DNA from: Squalus acanthias
Lineage: Eukaryota
Assembly (NCBI GenBank): GCA_030390025.1
Contig: CM059432.1
Coordinates: 85,872,001 to 85,936,000 of the forward strand
Direction of reading: 5' to 3'
DNA length: 64,000 nucleotides
How positions within the stretch are numbered: position 1 is the stretch's first letter; every line of letters starts with the position of its first letter. The translations under genes were made by a program, and so were the position numbers. The notes under the pieces were generated by a model that saw nothing but the letters and a program-made list of their open reading frames with translations, did no database searches and had not been told where the DNA came from. Of this stretch, positions 52,501 to 61,157 are shown one piece after another.

Positions 52501-55500
52501 GGGGGGGGGGGGGGGGGAGGCTCTTTAGCCATGGTTGCAACCCACCTAGGAGAAGGTACTCTGAAGATTAAAACCTTGAGAAAGGTAACGGGAGACCGAC
52601 TCAGCTACTTTTCTCCAGTAAGTGGCTCAAGAATTTCAAGTTCAAGACCCTAGGGCAGAACACAATGGACAAACATAGGGTACAAGAGTAAAGAAGTAAT
52701 GAGGAATTTATAGAAAATATTGGTTAGGTCATAGTTCGAGTATGTTTGTAAGTTTGGTTTGTCCATTATAGAAAGGACATTAAAGCTATAGAGAGCGTAT
52801 AGCATAGATTCACTCGGTTGATGCCTGGGGCGGGAAACTATAGTTTTGAGGAGAGACGTGATATAAGGACTATTTCCACTGGACCAGAGGAGGCTGAGGA
52901 TATTTCAGTGATTTTTAAAATTATAAAGAGTTTTGATAGTCTTTCTCTATTCATTCTATTTCCTCTAGTTGTAGAGTTGACGACAGGTGGACATCGATTT
53001 AAAATGATCATTGAGAGTGAGAAGGGAGGTTAGGAGAAATTTTCTTTACACAACAGGTTGTTAGAGCATGAAATGCTTTATTACAGGGAGTGATCGAGGT
53101 ATAGAGCATTGCTTCTTTTCAGAGAAAATTGGATAAATATTTGAATCGGAGAAAGTTACAAGACTACGGTGAGAGCACAGGACAAGTGAAATTAGTTTTG
53201 GATTGCTTTAGCAAAGAGCCAGTATAGACTTGATGGGTTAAATGGCTTCCTTCTGTGTGGTAAGTTTTATGGTTCTACGAAGTGTCTTCTAGGCAGCTTT
53301 AGCAATGGGGGAGATGTGGGAGGTCAATTTGATGTCAGAACAGATATTTAGGCCAGAAAAGTCAACAGATGAAAGGCTAAGGAAAGTAGGAGATGATGGT
53401 AGTTGGCTGGACTTGAGAGACTTAAAGAAACAAGATTTTCATTGCCCTATTAAAGGTTACAAAGGGGAACAAGATGTATAGATTCAGCCATTGTACAGGA
53501 GATTTGTGCAGTGAGAGCATGCAACCTGAAGGAAGTTGACGAATGTAGAATGAAATCAGTAGCAAAAGAGTGGATAGGGTTTGGTGGTGGATAGGGTTGA
53601 ATGATGAACTAAGAAAGTAATTGACATGAAGAACAACAGACTGGGAGAAAAGACACTTATGAATATAAACAAATAAAAAACAACTTGAAAGGCCAGAGTT
53701 TGTGGAGGAGAAAGAGTTATTCTGGTTGAAAGGCACTCCTTGCTTTAATGTTTCCCTTTTAATAGAAATTAAACTCACCAAAACGTTTTAAGACATTTTT
53801 TGTTCTGCATGGTTGGAACATACACTTGGCAGGAAATAAATTCACTTTTGGCTGGATTTTTCCTTTATTCTTTTAAGGCTAGATTTTGAAAGACCTTGAA
53901 GTAAATATTTTGTATGCTTCAGCGTAGTCTTCATTTCTTCATTTCCTTTTGTGTGGTGAAATATGGATGTTGTGCACTGAAAGTTACAGTGCTAAAACTG
54001 ATTGAAGTGTTGCTTTGATCACCTTGTGTAGATCTCTATATCATGAGATCAACGAAATAATTGGGACCTAGCAGTTAGCAGCTGTATAACTGATATAGTG
54101 CTATATTTCAGAGCTATAGCAAGGATCCATTGTATCAACCAGCAATTTTTTTTTTTTTTTAAAGTGCAGGCCCAGATTTAAAACACCGAAAATTGAGGAT
54201 TCTTTGAGGGGGTGGGGGTGGCGGGGGGTGGGGGGGCGGCCGGTGAGGAGTCAGTCCTCAATGTTAATTTACGCAATACTCCTTTTTTAAAAAAAAATTT
54301 GATTTTAGGGGTTTTATACAAATAAATAAATTGATTCGTAAAAGCTTTTTAAAATATAACTTTATAGGTATAAGAGAATTTTCTTCCTAAGAATGGAGCA
54401 ATCCAAACAATTTATTGTCTAGATGTTAGATTTTTTTTTTTAATTTTTGCAAATATCTTTTTGCAAAGGTTGAGGAATGTGAATGCTGATGTTGAATGCT
54501 CTATGATTGAATTTATTTATGGCTCTCACTATTGGATAACGTAAAGCATTTTCTTTATGTAACTTCTATCCTTTATAAAGCTTTTTGTATGTTATCAGAG
54601 ACTATTTAATCAAATTGAATATTTCATTTTTTTTAATTCTTTGTCTTTGCAGTGTTTCTCACCCAGGTGACACCTGTTTTAGCAACAATGGTGGTAGGTA
54701 AACACATCTAATTCACCATTTTGATTTAATTGTTGTGTGTATCTTTACTGAGATTAATACATCAACTGAAACATACTAGCACCACAGATTACGCTATAGG
54801 TTTGCACTAACAGTGCAGTACTGCAGCACTTTGAAGGGTGGGTCTAAGTTTGTATCTATAATTCCCTCTTTCTCCTCTACCCCAATCACACTGTTGAGTT
54901 ACCAATCTTAACTATGTCATGTTAAGTGAATCTTAGTAGCTAGGCACAAGGAACAATTTTATAAGCTAATTATTTTAATGTAAAATCTAACCATATCAGA
55001 ATATTGTGCAATGGCTGCTATGTTCCTGATCTAACATTAAAAAAGATGACATATGGAAATGTACAGTAGGCCAGTCAGCATCTGAAAGAGAAAAGATGGG
55101 TTAATATTTTGGGTGTCACCTTCACCAGAACTGAATTGAGAACAGAGTTCTGAGGGACTGTCCGACCTGAAATGTTAACCTTTCTTTTCTCTTAGATGGT
55201 GACCAACTTGGTGAACATTTTCTGTTTTTATTAAACATTTCCAACCTTCATGTTTATATTTTCTGAACTGTATTTTTAAATAAAATGAATGTAAGAAGAA
55301 GGTAATTTGATTGAAAGATCCAAAGTGGATTGAAAATGAGAAGCAGTTTGAAAATGTTGTGTCCTCTCTTTCCCCACTGACTATCAATGATAAAGGGCAA
55401 CAAATTATGCTAATTGGAAATTAATGCACCGCTCAAAGTTCTTAGTGATCAGTACTTTAAGGCCTCAGGGTGTCATGGATATTAATCTGAAAGTCTGAGC

Positions 55501-56337
55501 TAGAAGTAAGCTGTAGTTAATGTCTGGAATTACAAAAATCCTTGGTGTTGCACTTTTGGCTGTCATCTGTCAGTTTGATCATAAGTCATAGTGCTGAGTT
55601 TTGCGAAGGGTAAAAAATTAATTGTGGCACGCACACAAAATATGCAGCCGTAGCTTTAACCATTCTTCAATCATAATGTGCCTCTTGAGTCTAATTGAAG
55701 TGCAGTGCCAACTACCAGTACCTTTTGACCTTTTGGTATTCATGCCAACTGGCATTCATTTGGTATGCAGATGAAATGAAAGAATAATCAAAGTATTGTT
55801 TTGCTATAACTCATTTTAGCTCAGAATGTATTTAATGCAAATTGAATGTCTAGTTATAGTCCTAGTTTCACCAGCTGTATCATTTAACTGCGTCCATGGA
55901 GTGTGCATAAAGATTTAGTTCTGGCAGTTACTGTTTTGTAAAATAAAACTCTTGGAAGTACTGCATTTTAATATAGTCAAAATTAATTAGTTTGGATGCA
56001 AAGTACATTTTGTTTTTTAAAAACTGCAAATGTAATTTATTTTCCTGAAACCTTTTGCAGATTAAAATGTATTTACGTTTGAAGAATAAAAAGATTACAT
56101 TTGAAGAACTATTAATGATTTGTGCAGCTAATAATTATAAATTAAGTATACAAAATCTGTGGTCTAATCTGTGAGGAATGTAGGGGATCTTCAATTTTAT
56201 TGATTTTAATTTTTTTTTCTTTTTAGACTTTCAGCATTTACTCTAGTTTGAGTGGATCAGCACTCACTGCTAACATGGCTTTTTCAGCACTGGCACTTTT
56301 TGATAAATTTAATTCTCCACTACTTATGTTCCCGATG
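6922..56337 (+). CDS. SUR-family ABC transporter (ABCC8/ABCC9-like), 5' part: join(6922..7524,8696..8805,11262..11334,12235..12291,12400..12585,19823..19975,25443..25598,27623..27811,47146..47254,54653..54693,56227..56337); 596 aa, 3'-incomplete
   Basis: Eleven exons with AG/GT boundaries splice into one open frame. The translation is collinear with SUR1/SUR2: [26 protein letters not shown]...[14 protein letters not shown]...[46 protein letters not shown]. Orthology to ABCC8 or ABCC9 is not resolved, so no symbol is given. Confidence 0.93.
8696..8805 (+). CDS. SUR-like exon 2 (L0 loop; [36 protein letters not shown])
   Basis: tttAG| ... AC|GTAAG, 110 nt, ends in phase 2; matches SUR1 KPPEDLQD...QPFVNLLSKGTY. 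Confidence 0.9.
9058..9465 (+). mobile_element. tRNA-derived Deu-domain SINE (SacSINE1-like)
   Basis: A/B-box head (tggctaagtagt...ggttcaagtcc), central cccatggcactattcaaagaagagcaggggagttctcc, L2-like tail aaggcactatataaatgcaa. Confidence 0.8.
10920..11241 (+). mobile_element. Deu-domain SINE copy, 3'-truncated just before exon 3
   Basis: Homology to 9058-9465 runs as far as ctacaacagtg. Confidence 0.75.
11262..11334 (+). CDS. SUR-like exon 3 ([24 protein letters not shown])
   Basis: cctAG| ... CAG|GTTGTT, 73 nt, completes the phase-2 codon; matches the lasso segment WMN...PIDL..IGKLP. Confidence 0.85.
12235..12291 (+). CDS. SUR-like exon 4 ([19 protein letters not shown])
   Basis: Pyrimidine tract-ttAG| ... 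AAG|GTAAGT, 57 nt; aligns to SUR1 RALTNYQRLCEAFDAQ. Confidence 0.85.
12400..12585 (+). CDS. SUR-like exon 5 (…[35 protein letters not shown]…)
   Basis: ttttAG| ... AAG|GTAAG, 186 nt; start of TMD1. Confidence 0.92.
14257..15745. mobile_element. Non-autonomous PIF/Harbinger derivative (Myb/SANT relic on - strand)
   Basis: Degenerate TIRs ggcatagaaattg / gaatttttagccc; minus-strand RKGAPRVS…[20 protein letters not shown] resembles a Myb/SANT-like domain; acidic transposase-like tail on the + strand. Confidence 0.65.
14727..14865. repeat. Penelope-like terminal sequence in fold-back arrangement
   Basis: Perfect 37-bp inverted repeat 14727-14763 / 14804-14840; the same tail is seen at about 57270-57315 and 63700-63732. 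Confidence 0.7.
15972..17620. mobile_element. Non-autonomous PIF/Harbinger derivative (Myb/SANT relic on +, deleted transposase on -)
   Basis: TIR-like ends gggctagaaact / gaatttctccc; [23 protein letters not shown]…QCRKQFNEL; contains a CR1 tail insert at about 16245-16385. Confidence 0.7.
18089..19061. mobile_element. Non-autonomous PIF/Harbinger derivative (Myb/SANT relic on +)
   Basis: TIRs ggggtagaaactgc / gcaatttctcccc; [22 protein letters not shown]…[10 protein letters not shown]. Confidence 0.75.
19823..19975 (+). CDS. SUR-like exon 6 ([20 protein letters not shown]…[18 protein letters not shown])
   Basis: acacAG| ... CAG|GTAAG, 153 nt; matches SUR1 GVYFVSSQEFLANAYVLA...GINLRGAIQ. 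Confidence 0.93.
20243..21967. mobile_element. Non-autonomous PIF/Harbinger derivative (Myb/SANT relic on -)
   Basis: Degenerate TIRs; minus-strand [14 protein letters not shown]…[17 protein letters not shown]. Confidence 0.7.
22160..22575 (+). mobile_element. CR1 3' fragment
   Basis: [15 protein letters not shown] coding end plus CR1 tail. Confidence 0.85.
22820..23585 (+). mobile_element. Non-LTR retrotransposon 3' fragment (CR1/L2-group; family also at 30665 and 61158)
   Basis: [12 protein letters not shown]…[20 protein letters not shown]; tail gggcaataaatgctggcc…cacatccca followed by an A-rich run. Confidence 0.85.
24725..25030. repeat. C-rich minisatellite (about 30-bp unit, CCCGCGATCCGATCTCT core) inside a GC-rich element
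   Basis: About 10 degenerate units separated by long C runs. Confidence 0.8.
25443..25598 (+). CDS. SUR-like exon 7 ([10 protein letters not shown]…[13 protein letters not shown]…IAIPIQ)
   Basis: tctctAG| ... CAG|GTATGT, 156 nt; same length as recalled for ABCC8 exon 8. Confidence 0.93.
26049..26793. mobile_element. MITE (Harbinger-type)
   Basis: 18-bp TIR GGCCCGGAATTTGCGGTC / GACCGCAAATTCCGGACC with one mismatch. Confidence 0.8.
27623..27811 (+). CDS. SUR-like exon 8 ([19 protein letters not shown]…[15 protein letters not shown])
   Basis: tttcAG| ... AAG|GTAATG, 189 nt; ABCC TMD1 motifs. Confidence 0.93.
27836..28470 (+). mobile_element. L2 LINE 3' fragment
   Basis: Encodes LDYSNALL…LHWLPV-type sequence; tail aaaggtgctatataaatacaagtt. 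Confidence 0.88.
28860..30155 (+). mobile_element. L2 LINE 3' fragment (RT region)
   Basis: [20 protein letters not shown] and LHWLPV motifs; same tail as 27836-28470. Confidence 0.9.
30665..31178 (+). mobile_element. Old copy of the LINE family seen at 22820
   Basis: Collinear similarity to 22860-23365; serves as the target of an RTE insertion. Confidence 0.65.
31179..31910 (-). mobile_element. 5'-truncated RTE-clade LINE with 10-bp TSD
   Basis: [21 protein letters not shown]…LRWTGH…RLPKQALY; (GAA)n tail; TSD TCCAAGTCAC at 31169-31178 and 31911-31920. Confidence 0.92.
31932..32692. mobile_element. MITE with AT-rich core
   Basis: TIR ggcccgtattttctgatc / gatcagaatatctgggcc. Confidence 0.75.
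32808..34285 (-). mobile_element. CR1 LINE fragment
   Basis: Minus-strand ORFs with [22 protein letters not shown] and [11 protein letters not shown]. Confidence 0.93.
34380..35300 (-). mobile_element. Very old LINE endonuclease-region relic (L2/CR1 group)
   Basis: Minus-strand [10 protein letters not shown] resembles the APE-domain 'DILCLTETW' motif; heavily decayed. Confidence 0.35.
37225..38087 (+). mobile_element. CR1 fragment with internal deletions
   Basis: FADD, RPHLEYC and CR1 tail. Confidence 0.85.
38271..40142 (-). mobile_element. CR1 inserted into another CR1 (host about 38088-38270 and 40143-40300, + strand)
   Basis: RT motifs on the minus strand; TSD TTGATAA at 38264-38270 and 40143-40149; the host frame reads …[13 protein letters not shown]…. 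Confidence 0.9.
40300..40640 (-). mobile_element. CR1 3' end
   Basis: [18 protein letters not shown] plus tail. Confidence 0.88.
40890..42290 (+). mobile_element. CR1 LINE fragment
   Basis: ORFs 41132..41680 and 41708..42067 with RT motifs. Confidence 0.93.
42295..43130 (-). mobile_element. Highly decayed CR1 3' fragment
   Basis: Residual CR1-like minus-strand sequence with no ORF. Confidence 0.5.
43620..44232. mobile_element. GC-rich Harbinger-type MITE with TAA TSD
   Basis: TAA|GGAGGCAAAATT…ACCCAATTTTTCCCCC|TAA; right TIR shared with 1244-1737. Confidence 0.8.
45972..46000 (+). repeat. (GAGAA)n microsatellite
   Basis: Read directly from the sequence. Confidence 0.8.
46268..46720 (+). 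mobile_element. Near full-length Deu-domain tRNA SINE (SacSINE1-like)
   Basis: A box ggctcagtggt, B box ggttcaagcc, Deu-like tgccgtcttttggatgagatgttaaac, L2-type tail. Confidence 0.85.
47146..47254 (+). CDS. SUR-like exon 9 ([36 protein letters not shown])
   Basis: ttccAG| ... T|GTGAGT, 109 nt; completes the ABCC IK-LLKLY(A/S)WE motif after a 19.3-kb intron. Confidence 0.93.
48088..49378 (-). mobile_element. CR1 LINE fragment (same subfamily as 40890-42290)
   Basis: ORF 48204..49055 [20 protein letters not shown]…. Confidence 0.95.
49718..51380 (+). mobile_element. CR1 LINE fragment
   Basis: ORFs 49668..50699 and 50701..51195 (frameshifted RT) plus tail. Confidence 0.95.
51545..53280 (+). 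mobile_element. Decayed CR1 interrupted by SINE-like insert(s) at about 52230-52665
   Basis: Degenerate [14 protein letters not shown] and FAD remnants; CR1 tail at about 53220-53280. Confidence 0.65.
54653..54693 (+). CDS. SUR-like exon 10 ([14 protein letters not shown])
   Basis: ttgcAG| ... GTG|GTAGGT, 41 nt, phase 1 to 0; same size as recalled for ABCC8 exon 11. Confidence 0.87.
55065..55255. repeat. Decayed Penelope-like termini in inverted arrangement
   Basis: Similar to 57215-57315 on both strands. Confidence 0.45.
56227..56337 (+). CDS. SUR-like exon 11 ([37 protein letters not shown])
   Basis: ttttAG| ... ATG|GTAAGT, 111 nt; matches TF...AFASLSLF..L..PL. Confidence 0.9.
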
Positions 56338-56659
56338 GTAAGTTGCATGCTAAATATTTTGTTAAATATTAAATACAAGTAACACAAGATTTTTGAGTCA
56401 CCTGTGGTTTAGAAAGTCAAGGCTGAAAAAAATTTGGTATTATGTTTCTCAATGCTGTAGACTATTATTCTGAGAGAAATGATTGTTTAATAACAAAAGC
56501 ATCAATAAATTTTAGAGAATGTTGCTTATTGTTAGGGGCATCTATAAATTCATCAGCCTATGTGGTTTTACGTGGTGGGGTACTGGAGATTCCTGATAGT
56601 TCAGTTGGACAGTACATTGCCCAGTGCAGAACTGAACCATACAGGCATGTATATTACAG

Positions 56660-57320
56660 ATCATAACCACTTCTCCCATTTTTTCAGACAGCAGCTGCTA
56701 GTAATGATTCTGCTGTTGTCATTTACACCTCTTCTAGACCCATCTTTTGTTTCTTTTCTTGTCCCAGTACTATCCCCTTTTGCCTTGCACCTTCATCCCT
56801 TTTGTCATTTAATCAGTCTCAGGATATGGGGTAGGACATTTAGGACTGAGATGAGGAGAAATTTCTTCACTCAGAGGATGGTGAACCTGTGAAATTCTCT
56901 GCCACAGAAGGCTGTGGCGGCCAAGTCACTGAATATATTTAAGAAGGAGATAGATAGATTTCTAGACACAAAAGGCATCAAGGGGTATGGGGAGAGAGCG
57001 GGAATATGGTATTGAGATAGAGGATCAGCCATGATCATGTTGAATGGCGGAGCAGGCTCGAAGGGCCGAATGGCCTACTCCTGCTCCTATTTTTCTATGT
57101 TTCTATCTCTTCTGTCTTCCACCCTATCACAGACCTTCCCTTTTGTTCTTTCCTCCCCTCTCCCCCTGTCCCTGCCTCTGTACTTGCTTAAAACCTGTTG
57201 CGTCTCTAACTTTTTCCAGTTCTGATGAAAGGTTATCGAGCTGAAACATTAACTCTGTTTCTCGCTCCACAGATGCAGCCTGACCGGCTGGGTATTTCTA
57301 GCATTTTCTGTTTTTATATC
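56660..57320 (+). mobile_element. Penelope-like terminal fragment with a nested CR1 3' end (about 56816-57104)
   Basis: Pyrimidine-rich PLE-type sequence, hammerhead-like core at 57218-57254, tail ctccacagatgc…cattttctgttttta. Confidence 0.65.
57218..57254 (+). ncRNA. Degenerate minimal type I hammerhead ribozyme (PLE-associated)
   Basis: AGTT-CTGATGA-aaggttatcgagct-GAAA-CATT-AACT: both core boxes present and stem I AGTT/AACT. Confidence 0.55.
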
Positions 57321-58296
57321 TTTTCTGAGGTTTGATGCTCAAAATTGAACACAGTACTCCAGATGGGGCCTGACCAAGGCTCTGTACAACTGGGAGCATC
57401 ACTTCCTCACTATTGTATTTCAACCCCCTGGAGATAAAGTCCAACATTACATTAGCATTTTTTATTACTTTTTGTACCTATGCACTAGCTTTTAGTGAGC
57501 TATGCACATGGGCACCTAAGTTCCTTTGCTCTTCCACAGCCCCTAGTCTCTAACCATTAATATTTGTATGACCGCTTTTCTAACTAATGTACAGACTGGA
57601 GCTATTTAATCCCTGCACATTTTAGGAATGAGAAGAAAGCTGTTTTTTTTCCCCCAAGGTGAAACTTACCTAAAACCCAAGATCATTCCAGATGGGATTT
57701 TAACCCATAATCCCTGTTTAGAAAGCCAATGCCTTAAACATTAGGCAACTGAGAGCACACTAAGATGCTAGAAGTACTCTATACTGAGGACCACATGACC
57801 ACACTATGGTAATGTGCAAAAATGTTCAGATGGACTTTGATGCCAAGTGCAAAATTAGTCCAGTCCCACTATACAGCTGAAGGTGCAGATGATGTTGCCA
57901 TCACTATTTGGTTTTTATTTCATTGGGTGCCACTTCCAGTTCGGCCAACATTGTTTAGGTTTTTTAGGTAACTATATATAATGTATAAATAATTTGGAAA
58001 GATATCTATTGTATATTAAAAACAAAAGGTGGAATGCAACATCTCCGATATGTGGCAATGTGGTTGGGCATCTCATCTAAAATGTGATGCTACATACCAA
58101 AGTACCCTATCCATGCACTGCACACCCTCACCACTGGGTGACTCTGCAACATTTGTTGCAACCAATAAACAGGCAGGATATGAGCCTGTTTAGCAAGTGC
58201 TTTCAGAAAAAAAGGTTGGGCCATAATTTGCTGTAGCAGGGCATCTAACGGCATCTGCCCTTAGTTAGACTTGCCTTTGTACTTTAGGTTTTTAAT

Positions 58297-59568
58297 TTAA
58301 GAACATAAGAAATAGGATCAAAAGTAGGCCATTTGGCCCTTCGAGCCTGCTCCACCATTCAGTAAGATCATGGCTGATCTTCTACCTCATCTCTACCTTC
58401 CTGCACTATCCCCATATCCCTTGATTCCCTTAATATTCTAAAATCTACCGATCTCTGTCTTGAACATACTCAACGACTGAGCCTCCACAGCCCTCTGGGG
58501 TAGAGAATTCCAAAGATTCACCACCCTCTGAGTGAAAAAATGTCTTCTCATCTCAGTCCTAAATGGCCGACCCTTATTCTGAGACTGTGACCCCTGGTTC
58601 TCAACTCCCCAGCCAGGGGAAACATGCTCCCTGCATCTACCCTGTCAAGCCCTGTAAGAATTTTGTATGTTTCAATGAGATCACCTCTCATTCTTCTAAA
58701 CTCTAGAGAATATAGGCCTAGTCTACTCAATCTCTCCTCATAGGACAATCCCCCCAACCCAGGAATCAGTCTGGTGAACCTTCGTTGCACTCCGTCTGTG
58801 GCAAGTATATCCTTCCTTCGGTAAGGAGACAAAAACTGTACACAATACTCCAGGTGTGGTCTCACCAGGGCCCTATATAATTGCAGTAAGACGTCTTTAC
58901 TCAAATCCTCTTGTAATAAAGGCCAACATACCATTTGCTTTCCTAATTGCTTGCTGTACCTGCATGTTAACTTTCAGTGATTTGTGTACAAGGACACCCA
59001 GGTCCCTCTGAACACCAACATTTCCCAATCTCTCACCATTTAAAAAATACTCTGCTTTTCTATTTTTCCTATCAAAGTGGATAACTTCACATTTCTCCAC
59101 ATTATATTCCACTTGCCATGTTCTTGCCCACTCACTTAGCCTGTCTATATCCCCTTGAAGCCTCCTTCCATCCTCTTCACAATTTATAATCCCACCCAGC
59201 TTTGTATCATCAGCAAACTTGGATATATTACATTTGGTCCCCTCATCCAAATCATTGATGTAGATTGTGAATAGCTGAGGCCCAAGCACTGATCCTTGCG
59301 GTACCCCACTAGTTACGGCCTGCCAACCTGAAAATTACCCGTTTATTCCTACTCTCTGTTTTCTGTCCGTTAACCAATCCTCAGTCCATGCTAGTATATT
59401 ACCCCAATCCCAAGAGCCCTAATTTTGTTTAATAACCTCTTGTGTGGCACATTATCGAATACTTTTTGAAAATCCAAATACACCACATCCATCTGGTTCC
59501 CCCTTATCTATTCTGCTAGTTACAACCTCAAAAAACTCTTAACAGATTCATCAAACACGATTTCCCTT
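58297..59568 (-). mobile_element. 5'-truncated CR1 flanked by a ~146-bp direct duplication
   Basis: Minus-strand RT ORFs; flanks 58150-58296 and 59574-59719 are near-identical. Confidence 0.93.
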
Positions 59569-59640
59569 TGTTGCATTTGTTGCAACCAATCAACAGGAAG
59601 GATATGAGCCTGTTTAGCAAGTGCTTTCAGAAAAAAAGTT

Positions 59641-60412
59641 GGGCCATAATTTGCTGTAGCAGGGCATCTAAAGGCATCTGCCCTTAGTTAGACTTGCCTT
59701 TGTACTTTAGGTTTTTAATGTTTTGCGTGGCAAGTTGCTGAAAGTGTGAGCTGATCACTTTGTAGCGAGGGAAATCAAGCATCTGGGACCTGAGTAAACA
59801 GAACAAGCAACTGTGTGTCTCCTTAACCAATCACATTGAAGAATTGTGAAATTAACAGTGCAAGAAATAAGAAGGTGGTGTGAATTAGAGTGAGTGAATT
59901 CAATGCCAAATCAGGTACAGAAAGAGAGGGAAAGAAAGATTGGACTAAGAGATGGTGAAAAAAGAGACGGAAATGAAAAGTTTGAAAAGTTTGCACTTTT
60001 TTTCATTTTTAAAAAAAAAATCTCCAACAACAATTAAAACCTGAAAGAATGAGACTGCGCACTTGTAATAGTTTCAGTGCCAGAGAGATTGTTTGGCAGT
60101 AATTAACACTTATCATTTGTTAAAAGAGTACTTAGGCTGAAATGGACAAGACTTAATTTTCTGTGGCAAGTTTAGTTTGTATCTACCATGCAAATACAGC
60201 AACTTCACACCATTCAATGCATTTCAATGATGCAGACAGTGAGATGCCATTTTTGCAAAGCTAACGGTGGAGTGGAGCACCTCGGATAGCAACTTTTGGA
60301 TATTTGAGTTTAATGTGCATTTGCACTTCAGCTGAAGTTACTGTACCATTTGTGCATAAATAACGGCGAGCGCCATTAGTCTCACTTGTTATTTTGACAG
60401 CAAATTATGGCC
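59641..60412. mobile_element. MITE, family A
   Basis: TIR GGGCCATAATTTGCTGT / ACAGCAAATTATGGCCG. Confidence 0.85.
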
Positions 60413-60423
60413 GGTTGTCTTAT

Positions 60424-61145
60424 TGGGCTGGAATTTGCTGGAGCAGGGCAACTTGGGACTTCTTCCTGCACCCCTCAGCTCAAAAATGTTTTGCCCGGCA
60501 AGTTGCTGGAAGTACGAACTGATAACGGTACAGCGAGGGCAACAGGGCATCTGGTACCTTGGTGAAGGGCGGGACCAATAGTGTATCTCCTTACCCTATG
60601 AGGTTAAAGGATTGAGAAATAAACAAAGGAAGAACTGAGCAGGAGGGTGAATTAGTGCATTAATTCAATGTCAAATCAGGTGCAGAAAGTGAAATAAAGG
60701 GATGGAAAGAAAGATTGGATTAAGAAAGAGAGAACAAAAGACAGTAAGAAAAAAAAATTAAAATTTGACATTTAAACAATTTTCAACAACAATTCGCTAC
60801 CTGAAAGAATAACGCACCACACTTTTTTAATTCTTCATTTTCTAGGCCAGTGAGTTGATTGGCAGTCATTAACAATTATCACATCGTTAAGCGTACTTGT
60901 GCTATTAATTACTAGCCTTGACTTTCTGCAGCGAGTTTAATGAAATTAATATGCAAATGCAGTAAATTCATGAAACTCACGGAGGTTAAGTGCGAGATGT
61001 CGTTTTCGCAAAGCTAGCGCCGACAGCGGCGGAAATCATTCAGCAACTTGTGGCAATTCATGATGTATCTCTTCCTCACCACAAGTTGCTGGTTGATTTG
61101 CACATTAATAATAGCGTGCAAATATTTTTTCAACAAATTCCTGCC
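60424..61145. mobile_element. MITE related to family A, adjacent copy
   Basis: gggctggaatttgctg / caacaaattcctgcc; internal homology to 59641-60412. Confidence 0.7.
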
Positions 61146-61157
61146 TAATGCAGTCGA

